Below are positions 1 through 8,985 of a stretch of DNA of 20,000 bases, one piece after another. The stretch lies in IMG/VR virus record IMGVR_UViG_3300021197_001705; one strand, 5' to 3'. The notes beneath the pieces were generated by a model. It did not search any database. It had not been told where the DNA came from and saw only the letters and a program-made list of their open reading frames with translations. Both the position numbers and the translations under genes were made by a program. Numbering within the stretch: position 1 is the stretch's first letter; every line of letters starts with the position of its first letter. This stretch comes from an uncultured virus (IMG/VR IMGVR_UViG_3300021197_001705) (Duplodnaviria; Heunggongvirae; Uroviricota; Caudoviricetes).

Positions 1-3000
1 TTTTTACTACCGTGGAGGAAACCAGATGGGATATTTCCATCAACGCTCATTAGAGAAGCTACAAATTTTGTATTTACAATGTTCTGCAATTTAGACATCA
101 GGGACCTTGCCTCGGACTCATCAATATCTACATTGTTAAAATCTTTATAGACCCAGTTGTTCAACAGGTTCTTCATCACCAAACCTCTGAAATCACTTTT
201 TCCAAGTTGTCCGTTAGAAGGCAACAGTTTATATTTTTGATAGTCTTTATTATCGGGGCCCAAAGGTTTTTCAACCCTAAACGTACCTAGTATGTTTTCT
301 GGTGATTTTTGTTTGAATTTGTAATCGAACGCACGAGGGTAGACTTCTTGACCAAGGTCGTTTGTCTCTTTGAATTCGTCCGTCAACGTGATCACACTTT
401 TCCAAGAATAGTCATCAGTAATATCATACTTAATTGGTATTTTGGTCTTAGTGCCTTCTGACTTAAAGCTGGTTTTCAAAAGGGCTTCTCTGAACTTTAT
501 CCCGACTGTCTCGGGGTACTCTTCGTACTTAGGATAAAAACCAAAAGTAACAAAGTTAGATGTTTTAAAAAAGATATTGTTTCTTGCTATATTGTGGAAA
601 TTTAAAGTATACCCCTGTGTATCTGCCAATATGGTGCTTAGAATTCCCGGTGTGTCATTCCATGACCTTGGGTCCATTGGCCAGCGCCACAGAATTATAT
701 CATCGAAAAAGGCCTTTTCTAGCCTCTTGAACATGCCCTTGGTAGCTTTACCGACAGCATCTTTGACCTGCTCTATTTTCTCTAATTGCACTGCTGACTT
801 GGAGACGTCACAACCCGGATCAGGATCACTTGCGCCAAGCGCTTCGTTCAAGGCGTTCTCTAGCATTCCCTCTGGTGATTGTGATAGAATATCTGCTATA
901 TCTGCCAAATCCGATTTCCTTCTTTCATCTTGCCTCGCAACAAAATCTTTTGCTATTTGAGGATCTAATCCTGCGTTTGTTAATGCGTCTTCTCTATCCT
1001 GAGCCCATTGGTCAAGTTCATCGTCTGTCAAACATATACTGTCATCTAGAGGAATTTCCGACTCAAAATCTAAAGAATCTCTCAGTTGGACAATCTGGTC
1101 TGCTGTTAAAAGGTTTCCTACCTGCGAAAAGAACGTAACGAGCATCTCAGGAGTTCCCATAGTCAGGGCGTACTCTGGGTGGTTTGCAACTATAAGTGAA
1201 GATAAATTTTTCATAAAACCCATATCTTGGTCTTCTGGTAAGGAAGTGATTGCTCTTGCGTATTCAGATTTAGTACCGATAACAGACATCGTCTTAGCCA
1301 GATCTTTGGCATCTCCGGGTATTTGAGGGACGGCTGTCTTTAAAACCAGCGCAGCGTGATCATCACGCTCGTCTTCAGGCTTGTCTTTGCCACAAAAGAA
1401 ATCGTCTACCGCGTTTCTCCATCCGCTGTCACCAACTATTCCTTTAAAAGCGGCTTGACCTGCGGCTGCTAAAGTCTGGCATGTTACGTCAAACACAATA
1501 GAAGCCAGCTTAAAAATTATAGCAAACATTATCTCGGTTACTACCTGCAAAAGAGCATCTACAAAAGCATTTTTTAATATATTTAAAAAATTCCAACCGT
1601 TAAAGCTTCGCAGTTTTGGAAGCTCACCAAAGGATATCCTTGTTTTGCCGGGGCCACAAGGATCAAGAGTCAACGTTCCAAGAAAACTTGACAATGGAGG
1701 GTAGATAAAACTTGGCAAGGGGCACTTCAAACCCGCAAGGAAAGAACCAATAAGCTTAACTCCGGGGAGTTTATTAAGTATACCCATAAGTTGTTGTAAT
1801 TCCGCAGTCTCCATTATTGCTTCCACATATGCCGATGTTACTGCTGATTGAATATCCCCCAAGGCTTTACCATAGGTGCCTTGCTCGAAATCAGGATCGT
1901 CTGGACTTACACCTTTCATGATTCTGTCGTCGTGCTTGTTCCTCTCTCTTGCAGTTAAAGTCGTCCTTTCATCTTCCGAGAGATCATTCCAGTTAGCATA
2001 CGGCCCAGATTCTTCATTTAACGTTGTATCATTGGCTGAATACTTTTTAGCCTGTTCAGCCATCGCCAATTGCAACTCAGTTCTCTTCGTAAACCACTCT
2101 CCTTGTAATTCTTTTATCTTGTCGTCTACCATTTTCTCTAAATTCATAGCAGTATCATATGATTCTGTTCTTTTTTCGTATGCTGTTTTTACGGCTGCGG
2201 CTTTTTTTAGAATTCTCTTTTCCAAATACTCGATACCGGGCAACATCTTATTGTAATCTTGTTCCAATTTGGCCGTTGCCTGTAGTGCTTCGTCTATTTT
2301 GTCTTGGAGATCTTTCACCTCCACTTTCTGCCAAGCGGTCATTGTCTTGATACCGCCATGATCAAACCAGTCTATTTCAAGTTGGTTCATGTAAGCCCTC
2401 ATTTTAGCTTTTGCCGCTTCCAAATCTTTTTGTTTTTGCTCTTGTTCCTCGCCAACGCTCCTTAGCTTGCCCTTTAGATTTTCTAACTTCTGTTCATCTT
2501 CTTTCAATTCTCGCTCTGTGTTTTGTACACTTGTGTTTGTTTGCTTGTGAGCATCCATAAGTTCCTTTAGAATATCACCGTATAAACTATCGGTAGATCC
2601 CTGTACAACCCCCGACGATTCAAGAACTTGTTTTTCTGTAGAGTTTGGCTTGTTAATAACTATTGGGTCTTCGTTAGGGGCCTCACTGTCATTTTCCGCT
2701 TTTGCTTTAGCTGTTAAAGCCGAATTTATGCTGGCTCTTGTTTGTGGACCAGCAATCCCATCAACCAGTATTTTTGCAGATCTCTGATATGCTTTCAAGG
2801 CGTTTCTGGTGTTTTTACCAAAATCCCCATCTGGGACCAATTTGTGTCCTAGTGTTACCAAAGCTACTTGTAAGGCCGTTACGCTTGCTCCTTTGTCACC
2901 CCTTCTCATGTTTTCAACATATGTCAATGGTGGATAAACTGCGGCCACTGGTGGCGGAGGGGGTCTTAATTTCCCGTCTCGCGTACAGATGTTTGGATTT

Positions 3001-5036
3001 TCAAGACAAGTGGCTAACTCCTCCACCCTTTTGTTTAGTTCTTTCATTTTCGTTACGGCATCGCTCTGATTATCCAACATTTCATTTGCTGTTTTTTCTT
3101 TTGCAGCTATCCCGTCAGCAGTTCTCTTATCAATAACTTTATCAAAGCTACCGGGCTTATACCCCTTCTCCCAAGGAGCAGGCATATTCCCGAATTTGTC
3201 TTCCACCATGTTCCTTATTTCTTCTTGCTTGTCGTATGGTAAAGCTTCCATAACTTTTTCCAAAGCATCACTAGCCATTGTTGATAAGGCTTTTTTAGCC
3301 ATGATCTTCATAGAGGCCTCGAAGGACATACCAGACATCAAACACTGTATAGCTTTTAGTCCAAGTTGGAAAAAATTACAAGGATTTAGCGCCCCCATAA
3401 GTTTTTTCAATTTGTCCTCTGACTTATTTACGTTATCCCAGTTACTTTTTATATCCTTTAGCATTTCTTCTAGAATGGATGGTTCACCGATTTTTGCGTA
3501 TTTGTTGTTATACCACTCATCAATATATTTATCATGAATGCCTCCGGATGAATCAAACAAGTCGATTTCCGGAAGTTTTTGCCCTAGGGCGCGACATTGG
3601 TTTTTGTTAAACTGATAGGCGAACAAATCCGTGAACTCCCCTACAGCATTGTGTACGAAATCATCGATTCCATTTAATCCAAGTTTATCCCCTAAGCAAT
3701 TAACTGCTGTTTGTTCTTTATATTTGTCTTTTGAGCCATAGTTTACTCCCAAATTGGGATAGATATACTTTAAACAAAAATCTAGCCATCCGGGCGTTTC
3801 TCGGGCGTCCAGATCGCTCCTAATATCTTTTATATTTGCTATTAAGCCCATCAGGGTTTGGTCTTGTATCAAGCTTTTTTTGAGAAAAGATGACAGACCT
3901 TTTCCTAATTTTTTGTAATAACAACCTTCTATTTTCACCCCCACTCTCTTAAGAGTAAAAGGGCGCTTTTCGTCGCTCTTGTCAAAAACAAATTTTATTC
4001 TCCAAGGCATGTCTGAGGTTCTTCTATTAAGAAATGTACTATATGTGAACCCGTTCTGTTTGAGAAGTTTTTCTAGCGCATTCTCGAAAAGCTCTAATCT
4101 TTTAACATAAAATTTTATATAAAACTTTTTCCCTACTTTCTTTAGCGGGTCACTGGTCTCTGCTTCGTCTGACTCTTCTGTTGTCTCTGTGTCTTTAAAA
4201 TATAAAGTCCCATTCTGGTAGCGATAGAAAAATGCTTGGTATTGAGAAAACGATAACAACACCTCTTTCAACCGAGTAATGTCGGTGTGTAACCTTCTTG
4301 GAGAAATGAATAATCTCTCAGCGCTGACATCTACGTCTGGTAAGTCTGGGGCCTCCGGTACTTGATCAAATATAAATGCAGGTATTGCTATTAATACTTT
4401 CATTACGCTTTCACCGTATCCAGTAAAATGGTAGTCTATAGCTCTAGCATATAACTCAATAGCATTTATATTTTTTATCTGTGGGTATTTTTGTCTTATC
4501 TGTTCGTCGATGTTATATATCTTGTGAACACTGTCGCCTTGCAATGTGGATGGTTTGTTTTTGATTTTTATAAATTCAGAATAATCGAAATCTAAGATCT
4601 CCCTACACTCTTTATCAAAAGCGTATTTAGAAGATTTTGATTTGACTTTGACCTTGGGCTTGGACCCTTCCATGCCTATGGAAACAGATTTTATTCCGCC
4701 TTGTTCTGTTGTATAAGACGCACACACTATTTCATCATTTTCTAATTTGTCGAAATATCTTAATAATTCCCGAAGGCCGGGTCTTATGTAGGTTTTCAAC
4801 AACTTTTTAAAAGGCAATCCAGCTTTTTTGACTGAGCTTGTTGTGTGCGAATCCCCACGACTGTTAACGGTTACCGATACCATATACTCGCAGGTTTTCC
4901 TGTTTAAATAAGGGGATTCTGTTGTGTGCCACGTTGGCTCAACAAAGGTCTTGTCTGGTAAACAAGTTGGACATGGAGCCTTTGGGTCGGGCTTTGGCAA
5001 TGGCGCTATTGGCGCACATATGGGAGTTTTTGACAT
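1..5036 (-). CDS. Giant (>1678 aa, 3'-truncated by window edge) probable virion-associated protein with internal PG_binding_1-like domain, coiled coil and hydrophobic segment
   Basis: ATG at 5036 preceded by GAGGT (5042-5046). Manual translation MSKTPICAPIAPLPKPDPKAPCPTCLPD... stays open to the edge (...PSGFLHGSK); absent from the ORF track because it has no stop in the window. PG-binding motif MRRGDKGASVTALQVAL...DGDFGKNTRNALKAYQ...VDGIAGPQT at 2727-2909. Confidence 0.9.
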   Translation of the reverse strand, partial: MSKTPICAPIAPLPKPDPKAPCPTCLPDKTFVEPTWHTTESPYLNRKTCEYMVSVTVNSRGDSHTTSSVKKAGLPFKKLLKTYIRPGLRELLRYFDKLENDEIVCASYTTEQGGIKSVSIGMEGSKPKVKVKSKSSKYAFDKECREILDFDYSEFIKIKNKPSTLQGDSVHKIYNIDEQIRQKYPQIKNINAIELYARAIDYHFTGYGESVMKVLIAIPAFIFDQVPEAPDLPDVDVSAERLFISPRRLHTDITRLKEVLLSFSQYQAFFYRYQNGTLYFKDTETTEESDEAETSDPLKKVGKKFYIKFYVKRLELFENALEKLLKQNGFTYSTFLNRRTSDMPWRIKFVFDKSDEKRPFTLKRVGVKIEGCYYKKLGKGLSSFLKKSLIQDQTLMGLIANIKDIRSDLDARETPGWLDFCLKYIYPNLGVNYGSKDKYKEQTAVNCLGDKLGLNGIDDFVHNAVGEFTDLFAYQFNKNQCRALGQKLPEIDLFDSSGGIHDKYIDEWYNNKYAKIGEPSILEEMLKDIKSNWDNVNKSEDKLKKLMGALNPCNFFQLGLKAIQCLMSGMSFEASMKIMAKKALSTMASDALEKVMEALPYDKQEEIRNMVEDKFGNMPAPWEKGYKPGSFDKVIDKRTADGIAAKEKTANEMLDNQSDAVTKMKELNKRVEELATCLENPNICTRDGKLRPPPPPVAAVYPPLTYVENMRRGDKGASVTALQVALVTLGHKLVPDGDFGKNTRNALKAYQRSAKILVDGIAGPQTRASINSALTAKAKAENDSEAPNEDPIVINKPNSTEKQVLESSGVVQGSTDSLYGDILKELMDAHKQTNTSVQNTERELKEDEQKLENLKGKLRSVGEEQEQKQKDLEAAKAKMRAYMNQLEIDWFDHGGIKTMTAWQKVEVKDLQDKIDEALQATAKLEQDYNKMLPGIEYLEKRILKKAAAVKTAYEKRTESYDTAMNLEKMVDDKIKELQGEWFTKRTELQLAMAEQAKKYSANDTTLNEESGPYANWNDLSEDERTTLTARERNKHDDRIMKGVSPDDPDFEQGTYGKALGDIQSAVTSAYVEAIMETAELQQLMGILNKLPGVKLIGSFLAGLKCPLPSFIYPPLSSFLGTLTLDPCGPGKTRISFGELPKLRSFNGWNFLNILKNAFVDALLQVVTEIMFAIIFKLASIVFDVTCQTLAAAGQAAFKGIVGDSGWRNAVDDFFCGKDKPEDERDDHAALVLKTAVPQIPGDAKDLAKTMSVIGTKSEYARAITSLPEDQDMGFMKNLSSLIVANHPEYALTMGTPEMLVTFFSQVGNLLTADQIVQLRDSLDFESEIPLDDSICLTDDELDQWAQDREDALTNAGLDPQIAKDFVARQDERRKSDLADIADILSQSPEGMLENALNEALGASDPDPGCDVSKSAVQLEKIEQVKDAVGKATKGMFKRLEKAFFDDIILWRWPMDPRSWNDTPGILSTILADTQGYTLNFHNIARNNIFFKTSNFVTFGFYPKYEEYPETVGIKFREALLKTSFKSEGTKTKIPIKYDITDDYSWKSVITLTDEFKETNDLGQEVYPRAFDYKFKQKSPENILGTFRVEKPLGPDNKDYQKYKLLPSNGQLGKSDFRGLVMKNLLNNWVYKDFNNVDIDESEARSLMSKLQNIVNTKFVASLMSVDGNIPSGFLHGSK
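2727..2909 (-). other. Peptidoglycan-binding domain (PG_binding_1-like three-helix bundle) within the giant ORF
   Basis: Canonical pattern xRGDxGxxVxxLQxxL...DGxFGxxTxxAxxxYQ...LxVDGIxGPxT at residues ~710-770. Confidence 0.88.
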
Positions 5037-5045
5037 TTTTTACCT

Positions 5046-5969
5046 CTAAGTTATAAATACGGTGTTGCTAAGTAGTGGGTTACCACCAGATACTATCAGT
5101 TTGTCCAGTGAATTAATCTTGTCGATTTCGTTGTTTAAGGTGCCTATGATTGTATCGAAATAGTCATTAATGTTTTTGGGGATGTTTTTCATCAAAGCAG
5201 GGTTTAGAAACATAACAGCGGAGTTCAATTCCATTAATTGACCTACAATACCAAGAATGACTCTAAGTACGTTTGTCATCGACTCGTCTTTGGATTCAAG
5301 ATATCTTTTTAAGTTATCACCCAGAACCGCTGGTTGGAGATCTTCTTCTCTCCCGGCTACCAGTTCAATGGTTGATTTTGTAATTGGCGTCCCTAACGTA
5401 GTCGGTTCGCCGCCAAGACCAAAGCCTTGAAAGTTTTGTGTTCTGGCGGCATAGATCCTTACATTCTCACGCCCTACAATGCGAACATGGTCAGCTTTTA
5501 ATGCAATTGCCGATTTATTTTGAGCAGAGGGGCCTCTGGTTCTGCTTAGTCCAAGGTAGGCATCAATGCCACCTTTACCAACACACCTTTGCGACATGTA
5601 TAACCTAGCAGCATCGGCAGCAAAATTAGCGCTAACTACATTCTTGGGACCGAGGGGGTCTTCCCCTTTCTTTATTTCCCTCGTAGATGTAACAGCACCA
5701 AGGCCAACTACCATATCGATCATCCCACACTGGGTGTATCCTGCTCCGCCAGCGCCCGTTACGACTGTCGAAGGCCTGTCGCGACCCAGCACAATCCAAG
5801 AATTGTTTCTACCTTTTATAACCTTTTCGCAACCTGCTTTGTATCGATTTGGTACTTTCTCTTGGACATCAGTGCAGAATAAACCGTCATTGACACCTTT
5901 TTTAATTTCTAATTTTGCTTGCTCTGTTAACCCGTCTATATTTGGTATATAACCATCGACTTTACTCAT
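5046..5969 (-). CDS. Hypothetical phage structural protein, possibly baseplate spike/hub (gp5 C-terminal-like)
   Basis: 307 aa; RBS AGGAG upstream; short beta-strand repeats (SAIALKADHVRIVGRENVRIYA) followed by QPAVLGDNL and a helical tail, reminiscent of myophage spike proteins; lies next to cell-wall enzyme genes. Confidence 0.45.
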   Translation of the reverse strand: MSKVDGYIPNIDGLTEQAKLEIKKGVNDGLFCTDVQEKVPNRYKAGCEKVIKGRNNSWIVLGRDRPSTVVTGAGGAGYTQCGMIDMVVGLGAVTSTREIKKGEDPLGPKNVVSANFAADAARLYMSQRCVGKGGIDAYLGLSRTRGPSAQNKSAIALKADHVRIVGRENVRIYAARTQNFQGFGLGGEPTTLGTPITKSTIELVAGREEDLQPAVLGDNLKRYLESKDESMTNVLRVILGIVGQLMELNSAVMFLNPALMKNIPKNINDYFDTIIGTLNNEIDKINSLDKLIVSGGNPLLSNTVFIT

Positions 5970-5984
5970 CGTAACTCCTGTTAG

Positions 5985-5995
5985 TAATTAGGCCT
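5985..5995 (-). promoter_or_regulatory. Candidate phage promoter motif AGGCCTAATTA
   Basis: In the intergenic gap upstream of the RBS/ATG at 5969; 10/11 match to the motif at 9283-9293. Confidence 0.4.
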
Positions 5996-7577
5996 ATTTG
6001 CCTCTTTTGGCTCTCTTTTTAGCAACCTTGCTGCTCCATGCTGCGGTTGTGTCCGGGTCTCCGTGGCCACCGAAAGGTGATCCCCAATCCCAGCTTTGTC
6101 TTTTTTCATATTTGTGGTAAGGTTTGCCTGACAAACCTTTGTAGTAGTTGTTATTGGCTACAGACTCATCTTCATGGCCAATCCAAAAATAACACCATGA
6201 GCCCCCTTTCCATATCTCTCTTGCATTATAATGCACAGTAAATGCTGTAGCGATGCAGCCTGCGGATCTTGGCCTCGATTTACTTTCTCTAGGACCAGTT
6301 GTAGAGTTGAATGGGCGTCCCTTACCTCCTGTTTCGTGACCAATTGCACCACGTTGCTCCTCATTACCACTCCACGGGTGCAGCCCCCAAATGTGAATGG
6401 CGCCACTTTTTCTCGACATTGAATGATAGCTTCGATAGCCCCCAAAAACTTTCATTCCTGCGCTGGTATGGCTATTCCCATTAGCAAAGTCAGTTGGGGC
6501 CTTGCGACTGCTTCCTCCTGACATTCCGGACGCCACGCCGTTCCCAAAGCTTGAAAACCCAATGCCACCAAAAGTATAAACTAATAATTTAGGAGAGGCA
6601 GGGTCTGTTATGTCATACGTCCAAAGGTTTTTTTCTTTACCGGTGAGCGTACAATCCATTAAAGTAATAATGTTTGGCTTGTTCATTTTGGCGCCTGCCT
6701 TGCCTCTACTTTGACCCATGATTCCATACGGAACTCTAGGCCACAGAGGGTTGTATGCTTTATTCATCCACCAAGAGCGTTGTTTCAAGGCGTTTTTCCA
6801 TGCATTTTTACTAGGAGGCTTTACACTCGCCTCTTTACCAACTTCAACACCCACAATGCCACTTGGCCAATCCTTCTTAATAAACTCCACCAGAGCACCA
6901 GTCGCAGCGGTGACTCCCAAACCAGAAGAACCACCACCGCCAATCCCAGTTCCAGCACCGGCAGCACCACCAAATCCGCCAGCGCCAATAACTGCTGCTG
7001 GGGTTCCAACTCTGCTTAATGAAATTTTTCCATCTACAAGTTTCGCCCCCAAGGCTGCTAGACACGTTGCATCAAAACCACCTTCTGCTCTCCTAACTCT
7101 TTGCATTTTAAAACGGAGGCCACGCTTCTTACCAGAAGATGTTGGACCCTCCAAGTCATAATAGATTGGAACGACATCACCGACAGTTGGTATAAACAAA
7201 CTCTCATCACCGTCTAGGGCTTCAGAGTAGGCAATGGGGTGCTGCATTAAGTTCTCGTACAGTGCAGCAGGGTCGCTCTTAAATTTACAAGGCTCTTCTA
7301 GATTGAAACCCTCTGCTGCTGGGGCGAGTGGACGAACCCTAGCAGTGATAACAAATGGATGAGTCGGATTAGGGGTCGTCGGCAATGTTGTGCCATCAGG
7401 CCCCAATATGCCTTGGGTTTCGATCATCAGTATAACGCCGAAAAGCTGCGTGTCTCCATACGGGCTAGAAAGGCTATTTACCATAGCGTCGAAAACTAAA
7501 GAATCTCTAGCTTCCTTTCTTCCGTAGAGGTCTGATATAGAGTCAAACTTGTTAGTCAATTTTTTACTAAAACTCAT
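5994..7577 (-). CDS. Modular protein: shared N-terminal domain + Gly/Ala linker + L,D-transpeptidase-like (YkuD_2-type) catalytic domain
   Basis: C-terminal ITLMDCTLTGKEKNLWTYD...DFANGNSHTSAGM...IHIWGL...RGAIGHE...RSAGCIA follows the YkuD_2 pattern (IDFSxPSxxKRLWVxD...FSN...S..SSLG...L.GL...R.IV.H...RSxGCPA), with catalytic His and Cys present. Confidence 0.7.
   Translation of the reverse strand: MSFSKKLTNKFDSISDLYGRKEARDSLVFDAMVNSLSSPYGDTQLFGVILMIETQGILGPDGTTLPTTPNPTHPFVITARVRPLAPAAEGFNLEEPCKFKSDPAALYENLMQHPIAYSEALDGDESLFIPTVGDVVPIYYDLEGPTSSGKKRGLRFKMQRVRRAEGGFDATCLAALGAKLVDGKISLSRVGTPAAVIGAGGFGGAAGAGTGIGGGGSSGLGVTAATGALVEFIKKDWPSGIVGVEVGKEASVKPPSKNAWKNALKQRSWWMNKAYNPLWPRVPYGIMGQSRGKAGAKMNKPNIITLMDCTLTGKEKNLWTYDITDPASPKLLVYTFGGIGFSSFGNGVASGMSGGSSRKAPTDFANGNSHTSAGMKVFGGYRSYHSMSRKSGAIHIWGLHPWSGNEEQRGAIGHETGGKGRPFNSTTGPRESKSRPRSAGCIATAFTVHYNAREIWKGGSWCYFWIGHEDESVANNNYYKGLSGKPYHKYEKRQSWDWGSPFGGHGDPDTTAAWSSKVAKKRAKRGK
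6990..7560 (-). repeat. Copy 1 of a ~570 bp diverged duplication (N-terminal domain)
   Basis: About 28 differences over ~190 aa vs copy 2 by manual alignment; 32-bp identical run 7165-7196 = 8567-8598. Confidence 0.95.
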
Positions 7578-7581
7578 TCAT

Positions 7582-8985
7582 CTATGCCCTCTTTACTCTT
7601 TGTAGGAAATCATCCCAATCCCATGCTCCGGGATTCTTTTTATCTCCGGGGTCAGATCTATTCTTACTAGACTGTTCATGTCCACGAATAGTATCTCTGC
7701 TAATTGGCAAACCGTGCCTTTTACAAATATCTTTTACCAATTTTGCACATGCCCCTAAAAGCTTTTCGTTATACATAGAAGCATATTTAGCAGTTGCGCC
7801 TTGCCCTTTGCCCTTTCCGGGATCTCCGCACATTTCAATCCCAACAGCAGTAGCATTCATGCCGGGGGCATGGTACGCTCTGTGGCGTTCGTTCAGGCCT
7901 TGGATTATATTTCCTCCCTGATCACATGCATAGTGAATAGAGGTCTGTACTCTCTTTTCGACAGTGTATTTTGCTGGTCTTCCTTTTCTACCTTTCCTTT
8001 CTCGACAAATTGTCCCATGGGGCATTTTATGAGGATCAAATGGTGGACCGGGTGCGTAATCTGAACATGGCGGATTCTTTTTCCGTTGACCTTTGGGTTT
8101 ACTCTTGTCTGTAAACCCTGTTGTGATTGGCGTTCTAGAAAATCTGCCAATCGTGCTTTTTGCCTTACCGTTTCCAGTGCTACCGGCTGTGGAATGTAAA
8201 ACAACATGTTTGATTTGTTTCTTTTTTACCCTGTCTCCTTTTCCAAACGTTGAAGCTTGAAACCCTTTAGTTGCGAATTTACAGTCCAAAAATGGAACTA
8301 ACACCTGTTGTGCATTTCCGGGGCCCGCACCACTTGAGGCTCCGGCGCCTCCTGCGGCACCTCCTATGGCACCTCCCGCGACACCAGCAATAACTGATGA
8401 TGGGCTCCCAACTCTGCTTAATGAGATTTTTCCGTCAATTAATTTGGTTCCAAGCGCTGCTAAGCATGTTGCATCAAAACCGCCTTCGGCTCTCCTGACT
8501 CTTTGCATTTTAAATCTCAGTCCCCTCTTTTTTCCTTGTGAGGTCGGTCCTTCTAAGTCATAGTAAATTGGAACGACATCACCGACAGTTGGTATAAATA
8601 AACTCTCATCGCCATCTAGGGTTTCGGAATATGCGATGGGATGTTGCATTAAATTTTCATACAGTGCAGTAGGATCGTTTTTGAATTTGCAAGGCTCATC
8701 TAAAGCCTGAGCTTCGATCATGGGCTCAAGAGGACGAACTCTAGCAGTGATAACAAATGGGTGAGTTGGGTTGGGGGTTGTTGGTAAGGTCGAGCCATCA
8801 GGTCCCAATATACCTTGGGTTTCGATCATCAATATGACACCAAAACACTGAGTGTCTGCGTATGGATTAGAAAGCTCGTTTTGGACAAAATCAAATACCA
8901 TAGAATCTCTGGTCTCTTTTCGACCATAGGGATCTGATATAGAATCAAATCTATTGGTGATCTTATTCTGTATCCTTTTTGTCAT
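7582..8985 (-). CDS. Modular protein: shared N-terminal domain + Gly/Ala linker + N-acetylmuramoyl-L-alanine amidase (Amidase_2)
   Basis: HVVLHSTAG, SIHY, AYHAPGMNATAVGIEMCG, IRGHE, RSDPG...WDW: Zn ligands His/His/Asp and catalytic Glu of AmpD/AmiD-type amidases. Confidence 0.88.
   Translation of the reverse strand: MTKRIQNKITNRFDSISDPYGRKETRDSMVFDFVQNELSNPYADTQCFGVILMIETQGILGPDGSTLPTTPNPTHPFVITARVRPLEPMIEAQALDEPCKFKNDPTALYENLMQHPIAYSETLDGDESLFIPTVGDVVPIYYDLEGPTSQGKKRGLRFKMQRVRRAEGGFDATCLAALGTKLIDGKISLSRVGSPSSVIAGVAGGAIGGAAGGAGASSGAGPGNAQQVLVPFLDCKFATKGFQASTFGKGDRVKKKQIKHVVLHSTAGSTGNGKAKSTIGRFSRTPITTGFTDKSKPKGQRKKNPPCSDYAPGPPFDPHKMPHGTICRERKGRKGRPAKYTVEKRVQTSIHYACDQGGNIIQGLNERHRAYHAPGMNATAVGIEMCGDPGKGKGQGATAKYASMYNEKLLGACAKLVKDICKRHGLPISRDTIRGHEQSSKNRSDPGDKKNPGAWDWDDFLQRVKRA
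8392..8962 (-). repeat. Copy 2 of the ~570 bp diverged duplication (N-terminal domain)
   Basis: Colinear with 6990-7560 at an offset of 1402 bp; many differences are synonymous. Confidence 0.95.

Noticed and set aside
1..5045. Apparent gene-poor 5 kb region in the ORF track
   Set aside because: It is a single open minus-strand frame lacking a stop within the window, not non-coding DNA or evidence of a recoded genetic code
6900..7000. GC-rich quasi-repeats (also ~8320-8390)
   Set aside because: They encode Gly/Ala linkers; no regular repeat-spacer structure, so not CRISPR or a true tandem repeat
6158..8207. Nested alternative-frame minus-strand ORFs (6158-6445, 6821-7009, 6877-7065, 7905-8207)
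   Set aside because: Short, inside supported genes, with no lipobox/spanin signature or other motif
6990..8962. Duplication as a diversity-generating retroelement TR/VR pair
   Set aside because: Both copies are coding N-termini, mismatches are not adenine-specific, and no reverse transcriptase is present in the window
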